A stretch of DNA of 57,078 nucleotides from Thermodesulfovibrionales bacterium (GTDB lineage Bacteria; Nitrospirota; Thermodesulfovibrionia; Thermodesulfovibrionales; CALJEL01): NCBI GenBank assembly GCA_026417875.1, contig JAOACK010000007.1:1-57078 (forward strand), given 5' to 3'. The notes beneath the pieces were generated by a model. It did no database searches. It was not told the DNA's origin and saw only the letters and a program-made list of their open reading frames with translations. Each line of letters begins with the position of its first letter. Position 1 is the first letter of the stretch. This document shows, one piece after another, positions 49,737 to 57,078 of the stretch. A program made the position numbers and the translations under genes.

Positions 49737-52565
49737 TTAAAATTCATCTCTTTTAACCCATTCTGTACCGCATAGCGGTTTATAATCACAGTAAGGACAT
49801 TCATCTTTAAGTTTCATTGGTGGCATAAAAGGTGTATTTGGATCTTTGATCTCATCAATAAGGGACCTTATAATATTTGACATTATCTCATATTCTTTTA
49901 TCTTATCTGAGCTGAAGGGACCATACTTCGAATCTCCGTCAAGGGAGCTCTTCCCAAGTAGAAGGTAGTAGCCGTTTATATCATTAACAGAGATTCTGTA
50001 TTTAGTGGAATAAAGAATCATATAAAAAGGTATTTGTAAGCTTTTGATTGCTTTATACCATGTTGACCTGTCTTCTGGGTTCAGTTTATCAAAAATGATT
50101 TTTAAATTATCATTTTTTGAAGATATCTTGTAGTCAATTATAGTGAACTCACTATCTTCTTTTAAGACAAGGTCGATACGGCCATTTAAAGGAGCATTAA
50201 AAAGCCATTCTTCAATTTTATCCTCAACAGCTACAATTTCTTTTCCATTAAATAGACTGAAGGTAAAGGGTATAAATTCTCTAAGTCTCCTAATAATCTG
50301 CTTCATCATCAAGTATATTCTTCCAGAGATATATCCATAACGCTGAGTAAATATGTCTATTACGATATCTTCTATCTCCTTAAGTTCTTGTAAATCCGCT
50401 GAAAGAGGAGAGCATATTGTTTCACCCAATCTTTTTTCAAAAAACTTGTGAAGGGCATCATGAACTAAGAACCCTGTATCCTTTCTTTCAGGATCTTCTG
50501 CAATATTTTTCCTGTTTGATAATTGAAGGATATCACTGTAGTAAAATCTCAATCCACAGCTAAGATAATTTTCTAATGATGAAGCATTAAAAGAAAGTGT
50601 TTCTATTATAGACAAAATCTCCTCGGTCTTTTCTATCTCATGAGGTATGGGCGTACGGAGATCTATTTTATAATTTATAGTCTTTTCATCCTCCCAGTTT
50701 TTTATGTTTACCTTTTCGCCCTCCCATATAATTTTTTCAATAAATCTTGACCTTTCAAGATCCTTATTCTTAAGATAAAAAAGCGACACTTCCTCAGCAC
50801 CAGAAAGGAGATTCTTGAAATAGTAATATAGCAGCCTTTCCCTCTCCTGATAGGTTGGCAGATTGAGTGCCTTTCTTACAGGATAGGGCAGGATAGTATC
50901 ATCGGTTAAATCAGGAAAGACACCTTCATTAAGGTCAAGAAAGAATATCCTTTTAAATTTAATATTTCTTGTTTCTAGAAAGCCCAGTATCTGTAAACCC
51001 CTGAGAGGTGTTCCTTCAAAGGGAATATGGATGGATGACATTATTTTTTTAAAAAAATTAAAATAGGATTCCCTATTTTTAAAGGAAAAGTTCCTCATCT
51101 CAGAGAGAGATACCTTTTTAAATTCTTTTACAAAGGCCTCTGTGTAGGGATAAAAAAGAGGATGGAGTTTTGCTGTACTTTCTTTATAAACAGTATCTAT
51201 GACATCAATACACTTCTTTGCAAAATCTCCGATGTTTTCTATCATGAGAAATTTTCTTATAGTTTTATCGTGAATGTTTCTAAGTTGATTTTTTATATCC
51301 TCTGGTCCAAAATCTACCAAAGGTGTCTGTGAAATTATTTCCTCATATACCATTTTGGATATTTTTTCTTCAAGCTCATCGAGATCAGTAAAAGGTGTAA
51401 ATGCTCCTTTATGAAAGAGGTCTTCTATGTAGTGGATTGTTATCCTATTTAATTCAGCGCTTCCTTTAAATTGGATATTCTTTGTATAAGGATGGAGCAT
51501 AAATTTCAAATAGTCAGGAACATAAAGTAGATTTTTATCCATGGAAGTTACCAGTTCAAAAAGGTTTAGGAAGAATCCGTAGAGCGGGGTTCTCGTGACA
51601 GGATAACCCATTGATATGTTATATTCTTCTTCTTTCAGAAAGGGTATTCCGTGTCTTAAAAGTGGGAAGAGAGTTTCGGGTTCCGGAAGTACTATAACAG
51701 TCTTTTCGTCTATTTTTTTATCCTTTAAGAGAGTTCCAGCAAGTTTTACCTCACCATGAAGGTCTGGAATAGAATAAAGATTGATTGAGGTTTTAATATT
51801 TAAAGGTCCAGTTCTTAAATATCCTCTGAGTTCAGGTTTTAAACCTATGGATTCAATACTTCTCTCAAGGTCCTCTCCGTCATGGAATATAAGGGTAATT
51901 CTGCCAGAGGCCTGCCTTAAAAGTTTCTTGATTATCTCTTTTTCAGACCATGTAAAGGCAAAGAATCCAGCAAGGATTATTGATTTAAAATGCTCAATTC
52001 CAATGAGGACATCTGTTTCTGCAAGAGTTCTGTATCTAAGAGACCTGGTAGATAGTTTCTGTTTAACCAGTTCCTTATAAAATTCCGAATAGACCTCTGA
52101 GAGAAATCTTAGATGATCAGCTGATTTCTGCGGAATTTCTATCAGTGTTTCCAGACTCCTTATCCTTTCAACCGAAATATTTTCAATATACAATTCCTCA
52201 AGTGCCCTGAAAACCCTTTCGCCAAAGTTATAAAAGGTGTCAAGCTCTCTGAACTGAGGCTGAAGGAAATCTTTCTTTAAACAGATTCCATAAAGGATGC
52301 CAAGAGCGTCGATTTTATGAATCTCCCTTGAATCAGATGTTTTATTGAAAATAAAATTTACAAACTCATCTATGGAAAATATGGACGGAGGTATAAAAGC
52401 CTTTCCTTCTTTTTCTGCGATTAGTTTTCTTAAATAATGAGCTGGTCTTTTACCCGGGAAGACTATGAGATTTTTTGAATAATCATTACCTTCTTCTTTG
52501 ATTAATAAAGAAAAAACCTTTTCTATTATGTCTTCCTCAGGATTGAGGATTAGAAGTGAGTTCAT
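49737..52565 (-). CDS. addB: AddB/RexB-like PD-(D/E)XK nuclease subunit with a C-terminal Fe-S Cys cluster
   Basis: 942 aa. The C-terminal nuclease has RIDLV...IIDYK and Cys ligands (LSCGLRFYY ... CPYCDYKPLC), typical of AddB/Cas4 nucleases. There is a 4-nt overlap with the upstream helicase gene. Confidence 0.7.
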   Translation of the reverse strand: MNSLLILNPEEDIIEKVFSLLIKEEGNDYSKNLIVFPGKRPAHYLRKLIAEKEGKAFIPPSIFSIDEFVNFIFNKTSDSREIHKIDALGILYGICLKKDFLQPQFRELDTFYNFGERVFRALEELYIENISVERIRSLETLIEIPQKSADHLRFLSEVYSEFYKELVKQKLSTRSLRYRTLAETDVLIGIEHFKSIILAGFFAFTWSEKEIIKKLLRQASGRITLIFHDGEDLERSIESIGLKPELRGYLRTGPLNIKTSINLYSIPDLHGEVKLAGTLLKDKKIDEKTVIVLPEPETLFPLLRHGIPFLKEEEYNISMGYPVTRTPLYGFFLNLFELVTSMDKNLLYVPDYLKFMLHPYTKNIQFKGSAELNRITIHYIEDLFHKGAFTPFTDLDELEEKISKMVYEEIISQTPLVDFGPEDIKNQLRNIHDKTIRKFLMIENIGDFAKKCIDVIDTVYKESTAKLHPLFYPYTEAFVKEFKKVSLSEMRNFSFKNRESYFNFFKKIMSSIHIPFEGTPLRGLQILGFLETRNIKFKRIFFLDLNEGVFPDLTDDTILPYPVRKALNLPTYQERERLLYYYFKNLLSGAEEVSLFYLKNKDLERSRFIEKIIWEGEKVNIKNWEDEKTINYKIDLRTPIPHEIEKTEEILSIIETLSFNASSLENYLSCGLRFYYSDILQLSNRKNIAEDPERKDTGFLVHDALHKFFEKRLGETICSPLSADLQELKEIEDIVIDIFTQRYGYISGRIYLMMKQIIRRLREFIPFTFSLFNGKEIVAVEDKIEEWLFNAPLNGRIDLVLKEDSEFTIIDYKISSKNDNLKIIFDKLNPEDRSTWYKAIKSLQIPFYMILYSTKYRISVNDINGYYLLLGKSSLDGDSKYGPFSSDKIKEYEIMSNIIRSLIDEIKDPNTPFMPPMKLKDECPYCDYKPLCGTEWVKRDEF

Positions 52566-55500
52566 ATCTCTCTTGCTTCTCCTTTATCAACATAGAATAA
52601 AATACCTTTTACGTTGATGGAAGGATATAATTCTTTCAAGATTCTCTTATAATCCTTTACCTGTATAATATGTTCTTCCATTTCTTTTTGAGATGGATGG
52701 CCTGTTTTGTAATCAATTACAGTTATTAGGCCTTGGTCAATCACCACTCTGTCCATCCTGTGAAGGGATCCTGAACCATCAGCGAATTCCTTCTCATTCT
52801 TTACCACCCTTGCAGGAATCTTCCTGAAATAGGGCTCAAGGGTCTTAATGGTATTGAGAACAGCATTGTATATTTTTTTAAGCTCCTCAGGGCTCAGACC
52901 TGAAGCATATAATTCATTATGTTTTTCTATTGTATTCATTATCTCCCCTTCTATTCCCTCATAATAGTACTCTATTGACGAAAGTATCCTGTGTATGAAC
53001 TCTCCTCTTTCTTTTTCCTGAAGATGAATCTCCCTTTCAAGTACAGGGAATTCTCCTGTGAATAGATAGTGTCCGAAGGGGACGACCTCTTCTTTTTTTC
53101 TTCTATCTCTTTCTTTCTTAATTCCTATTTCCTCAGGAGTCAATTTGCTGCCGTAGATTTTACCGATTTCATTTTTTATTATCTCGGGAATTTCATTTTT
53201 ATCTATAATTACATAGAGCTCATCTTCAGCCCTTGTTAGAGCCACATAAAGGGTGTTAACCTTTGAGGCAAGCTCGTCTGCTCTTCTTTCTTCATAGGCT
53301 CTATGGAGTTTTTCATGTCTTGCAAAATCCTTTTTGAGTTTTATTAAGTGCAGACCTTCTTCATCCTCAAGGATTCGCATGGTCTTTCTTCTTCCTTCGC
53401 TGTTTTTCCAGCTCAGATATAAAATACATACCGGAAACTCAAGTCCCTTTGATTGATGAACGGTCATTACATTCACCGCATTCTTTCCAGAAGGAAGGAC
53501 CATATTCCAGAATTCGCTATCCTGAAAAGATTGGGTGAAGAATTCTACAAAATCCCTTATATTTCCAAAACCCCTGTTCTCAAATATCCTTGCCACCTCA
53601 AGTATCTTTATGAAGGCAGCCTCTCCATCAGGATATACATCAAAGAGTCTGAACTTACTCATGCACATGCTAAGAAGGTCATAAAGGGGAAGATAACCAG
53701 CAAGTCTGAATAGCTCTTCAAAGTTTTCTTTCCATAATATAGGAAATTCCTTTTCAAAGGATTTATATAAGATTCTGGAATTCCTGTGTTTTAGAAGAAA
53801 GGAGGTTATTGTTTTTTTAAAAATTTCTTCAGGAATTGATTTAAAAGAAGAGATAAATCTTTTGTATAAATCTCCCTGTATGAATACAGAAAAGGCAAAG
53901 TCATCGACAGGTGAATCAAGAAACTTCAGCAGATTGAGAACCTCTGCGGTGACCTTTCTCTGTCTGACATCAAGGCTGCTGTGAGAAATGAAATCGATCT
54001 GTCCTTCGTTCAACCATCCGCTGATTTCGACCACATGCTCATTCTTTAAAGCAAGAATCACGATATCGCTGTAACTGTAGCCTCTTTCTTTCAGGTCCAT
54101 TATTAAGGAACATATATAGCTACCTGCCCTTTCCCTTTCAATCTCAGTTACCTCCACATATCCTTTATCTTTTTTATCTTCAACAGGTTTTTGAGTATAG
54201 GTTTTAAAATCAGAAAGAGTGGCTGCCATGCATAAGGTTTTTGACTCTGGAAGTATTTCCTTAAATACCTTTTCATTAAATCTAAGAATCACGCCGCCGC
54301 TTCTGTAATTTCTGTCAAGCTCGCTGACTATCTTTTGTGCTGACGGGAAGACCTGCCCTGTTTCTAAATGCTTCATAATTCTATAATCTGCCCTTCTGAA
54401 GCCGTATATAGCCTGTTTTGTATCTCCAACTACAAAGAGACTTCCATCCATCGAGAGAGCATTTTCTATAAGAGGATAAAGGTTACACCACTGAATATAG
54501 GAGGTATCCTGGAATTCATCTATGAGATAGTGAGAGATCCTTTCACCGAGCCTGAAGTATATATCAGGTATTTTGGATGAGCTCAGATAAGAGGCAAGAT
54601 ATCTGCCTATATCTTCTATAAATAATTTTCCCTCCTTTGATTTAACATCCTCGAGCTCTCTGGAAAAGTTTTCGAATTCCATAATATAGGGTAGAAAATA
54701 GGCCATTGCATAATAAAGACTGTATTCCTTAAGGAGATCCTGAAATCTATTCCATAGTATTTTTATCCTTTCTGAATCTTCAGGAGGAGTTTTTTTTGTA
54801 GTAGGCGGTTTTCCCTTCCATTTAATAGAAAGAAAAGATCTTTCTCGGGTATGCTTGATAAAATTATCAAGATTAAATTTATCATGCAGATTATCAGTGT
54901 TTTTATTAAAGAGCTCTATCAGGCTAGCTGAAACCTTTTGAAGTTCAGACTCGATCTTTTTTAGTTCTTCCACGATTTTTTCATTAACTTTTAGCTCTCT
55001 GTTGCTTGCCGATAGTTCTTCATGTAAGATTATCCAGTTTTTCAAGATTTCTTTAGCCGGATCCCAGCAGTATGAATTTTCTGACAGTTCCTCTAGCAGG
55101 TTGATAATTTCTCTAAAACGTTCTGCCTTTTCACTTCCCTCTCTTATATCTTTTATGAACAATTCGAAGGCATAGGTCATAAGCTCTTTATTGTTCATCA
55201 GTATCTCAAAATCTGGATTTAGACCGAAGTCCGTTGCCGACGCCCTGAATAGGGAGCTCATGAAACTATCTATTGTCTTGACCTGAAAGTCTGAATAATT
55301 ATCGAGTATCTCCTCAATTATCAGCAATGCTCTTGTGGAAAGAGCTTCCGGATTCTGATCCTCTTTTTTAACTAAGAGTAATTCTGAAAATTCACTTACA
55401 GTCCTTTCATCTTTAAAGTAAAGTTTTTTCAGCCACTCAAGGATCCTTGCCTTCATGTGCTTTGCTGCATTCCGTGAGTAGGTTATGGCAAGGATATTTT

Positions 55501-55645
55501 TAAGCTTATTATCTGGTATCCTTTCGGAAAGAAGAAACTGCACATACCTCTTTGTGAGTGCACTTGTCTTGCCTGCACCTGCAGAGGCTTTAAGGATCAT
55601 GTAATGGGGAAAAGTAAGTTCGCTGTCTCTTAAAAGTTCATTCAT
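52562..55645 (-). CDS. addA: AddA/RexA-like UvrD-family helicase-nuclease
   Basis: Walker A ASAGAGKTS and DEFQDTS (helicase motif II), plus VMTVHQSKGLEF and YVALTRAE. The C-terminal nuclease motif is RMDRVVI...VIDYKTG. I chose the start at MNELL (55645); the ORF is open to 55690. Confidence 0.75.
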   Translation of the reverse strand: MNELLRDSELTFPHYMILKASAGAGKTSALTKRYVQFLLSERIPDNKLKNILAITYSRNAAKHMKARILEWLKKLYFKDERTVSEFSELLLVKKEDQNPEALSTRALLIIEEILDNYSDFQVKTIDSFMSSLFRASATDFGLNPDFEILMNNKELMTYAFELFIKDIREGSEKAERFREIINLLEELSENSYCWDPAKEILKNWIILHEELSASNRELKVNEKIVEELKKIESELQKVSASLIELFNKNTDNLHDKFNLDNFIKHTRERSFLSIKWKGKPPTTKKTPPEDSERIKILWNRFQDLLKEYSLYYAMAYFLPYIMEFENFSRELEDVKSKEGKLFIEDIGRYLASYLSSSKIPDIYFRLGERISHYLIDEFQDTSYIQWCNLYPLIENALSMDGSLFVVGDTKQAIYGFRRADYRIMKHLETGQVFPSAQKIVSELDRNYRSGGVILRFNEKVFKEILPESKTLCMAATLSDFKTYTQKPVEDKKDKGYVEVTEIERERAGSYICSLIMDLKERGYSYSDIVILALKNEHVVEISGWLNEGQIDFISHSSLDVRQRKVTAEVLNLLKFLDSPVDDFAFSVFIQGDLYKRFISSFKSIPEEIFKKTITSFLLKHRNSRILYKSFEKEFPILWKENFEELFRLAGYLPLYDLLSMCMSKFRLFDVYPDGEAAFIKILEVARIFENRGFGNIRDFVEFFTQSFQDSEFWNMVLPSGKNAVNVMTVHQSKGLEFPVCILYLSWKNSEGRRKTMRILEDEEGLHLIKLKKDFARHEKLHRAYEERRADELASKVNTLYVALTRAEDELYVIIDKNEIPEIIKNEIGKIYGSKLTPEEIGIKKERDRRKKEEVVPFGHYLFTGEFPVLEREIHLQEKERGEFIHRILSSIEYYYEGIEGEIMNTIEKHNELYASGLSPEELKKIYNAVLNTIKTLEPYFRKIPARVVKNEKEFADGSGSLHRMDRVVIDQGLITVIDYKTGHPSQKEMEEHIIQVKDYKRILKELYPSINVKGILFYVDKGEAREI

Positions 55646-56204
55646 ATAATTTCCTGTAAACCAGTACCTTTCCTTGAGTGGTCTGCTCACCTGTTCTTTT
55701 AATGAGTTTTTTCTTGTAAAGATTAAGCAGTCTTGTTGCTGCTGTATTAAGCTCCAGTCTCAGTTTTTTTGACAGCTCCTTTGCTGTGCACTTGCCTCTC
55801 TCGTTTATGATATGGAGGGTCTCTTTGAGATAATTATTCAGGTTACCTATTAGCACTTCTTTGCCGTTTCTCATGATTGCTATGGAAGAGAGTTCCTTTC
55901 TTTCAAGAGCGACCTCTATATTTTCTTTCTGGGTATCATCAAGGCCTTTAAGTATAATGAATCGCTCGCCGTACTCATTATTCAGGAGCCTGGAGATCAG
56001 TTTTGCCACAATCTCATCAGCGCAGGAGTAATCAATTATTCCTATGCGTGAAAAGTCAAGTGCTATGACCTCGCCATCCTTTTCTTTAACAATATCTCTT
56101 TCAATACGCTCTCTTATGGTCTGGCCTGAATTTCTCGTTACAAGGTCTGATGAGCCGTTTTTGAGCTCTTCTTTCAGAATCCTGTAAAGATCGTATATAA
56201 CCAT
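55638..56204 (-). CDS. hypothetical protein: STAS-like/DUF4325-like N-terminal domain plus a putative C-terminal winged-helix
   Basis: SGQTIRERIE....GEVIALDFSRIGIIDYSCADEIVAKL fits the DUF4325 pattern. The C-terminal CTAKELSKKLRLELNTAATRLLNLYKKKLI looks like an HTH. The ATG at 56204 is preceded by AGGAG. Tentative. Confidence 0.45.
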   Translation of the reverse strand: MVIYDLYRILKEELKNGSSDLVTRNSGQTIRERIERDIVKEKDGEVIALDFSRIGIIDYSCADEIVAKLISRLLNNEYGERFIILKGLDDTQKENIEVALERKELSSIAIMRNGKEVLIGNLNNYLKETLHIINERGKCTAKELSKKLRLELNTAATRLLNLYKKKLIKRTGEQTTQGKVLVYRKLYE

Positions 56205-56205
56205 T

Positions 56206-57078
56206 TCACTCCTCACCCAGACTCAGGATCTCAGCAGCCCTTTCATGGGGTATCTGCTGGACTGACCTCAGTCTCCTTTCAATCGATCTCGATCTCCTTG
56301 CTGCATCCTCAATGGTGTTGCTAGCCTCGAGGAGTTTTTTGTGTGTTTTTTCAAGAAGTTCACCGAATTTTCCGAATTCTGTCTTTACTGCACCGAGGAG
56401 TTCCCATATCTCGCTTGAACGCTTTTCTATTGCAAGGGTCCTGAATCCCATCTGGAGGCTGTTTAGGAAGGCAGCAAGGGTCGTGGGTCCTGTAACTGTA
56501 ACCCTGTATTCATTCTGGAGTGTTTCGAAAAGTTTCGGCCTTCTTAATACCTCTGCGTAAAGGCCTTCTACAGGAAGAAACATTATAGCAAAATCAGTTG
56601 TCAAGGGTGGATTGAGATATTTTTCCTTTATATCCTTTGCACTGTTTTTAATTTTCATTTCAAGCTGCTTTGCCGCTTCTTCTATAATGCCGTGGTCACC
56701 TGTTTCATAGGCATCAATCAGCCTCTGGTAATCTGCCTCATGAAATTTTGCATCTATGGGAAGATAAACAAAGCCACCCTTATCATCCTTAGCTGGAAGC
56801 TTTATTGCAAACTCAACCCTGTCACTGTTTTTCTTTGGAGAGAAATTTTTCACATACTGTTCTGGAGTGAGGATCTGTTCAAGTATGGCACCGAGCTGTA
56901 TCTCACCAAGTATCCACATTGTCTTTCAATTTGAAAGCACCTTCTTAAGATCTCCAACACTTGAGGCGAGTGCCTGCATCTCACCCAGTCCTTTATGCAC
57001 CTGCTCAAGTCCATCACTTACGAGTTTAAGGTATTCACCGAGCCTTTTCTCAAGGGTTGCATGGAGCTCTTTATCCAC
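56206..57078 (-). pseudogene. rmuC: DNA recombination protein RmuC, interrupted by an in-frame TGA at 56926-56928; the N-terminus lies off-window
   Basis: Downstream of the stop: WILGEIQLGAILEQILTP...FAIMFLPVEGLYAE...TVTGPTTLAAFLNSLQMGF. Upstream and in the same frame: LEQVHKGLGEMQALASSVGDLKKVLSN-TGA-KT. Together these match the RmuC conserved core, with the stop at the position of a sense codon. Confidence 0.65.

Noticed and set aside
56926-56928. UGA reassignment or selenocysteine as the explanation for the rmuC internal TGA.
   Set aside because: Many well-defined genes in the window end at TGA. No SECIS-like hairpin is evident immediately downstream, and the homologous position in RmuC is not a Cys.
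56923-56934. The 12-mer CTTTCAATTTGA at the rmuC stop site is identical to one arm of the inverted repeat at 37343-37354.
   Set aside because: About a hundred exact 12-mer coincidences are expected by chance among all position pairs in a 57-kb AT-rich window. There is no extended similarity around either copy.

Overview
A 57-kb bacterial chromosomal segment, moderately AT-rich and densely coding on both strands. The gene content (CcdA cytochrome-c biogenesis, several radical-SAM enzymes, many PAS/GAF/HD-GYP sensors, a large che cluster) suggests an anaerobic or microaerophilic motile bacterium, possibly Nitrospirota/Thermodesulfovibrio-like; that taxon is only a guess. Most of the window is recognisable housekeeping: apgM (5' end off-window), hisS, divIVA-yggT-proC, hemB, mogA/MOSC, ccdA, rlmN-ahcY-metK, rtcA, smpB plus tmRNA, murI-rph, ftsH-folP, and mutS-addB-addA-rmuC. 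Three blocks stand out. (1) An HK-RR-HD-GYP operon at 2.0-6.6 kb. (2) A 15-kb, 14-gene plus-strand chemosensory operon at 16.2-31.3 kb. It holds the core genes cheY-cheA-cheW-mcp-cheW-cheR-cheB-cheY, interleaved with atypical components: a DUF4388 protein, an ExeA-like AAA ATPase, a 656-aa HEAT-repeat protein, a coiled-coil GAF protein and a DUF2914 protein. It ends in a REC-GGDEF cyclase. Its receptor has a periplasmic CxxCH motif and a C-terminal PhnD-like binding domain. (3) A small AT-rich accessory block at 43.1-46.5 kb, inserted after ftsH-folP. It encodes a WYL-domain regulator preceded by a perfect 18-bp palindrome, a DUF2130 coiled-coil/PD-(D/E)XK-like protein, an unrecognisable 124-aa helical protein and a translationally coupled 87-aa two-TM protein. 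I consider block 3 the best candidate for an undescribed, defence-like system. Other oddities are a TatD-radical SAM fusion, a radical SAM/SPASM gene overlapping rtcA with no rtcB in the window, an in-frame TGA in rmuC, and a 540-nt ORF-poor region directly 3' of ssrA. I saw no CRISPR array, rRNA, tRNA or intact transposase. All family assignments come from motif recognition by eye, not from database searches.
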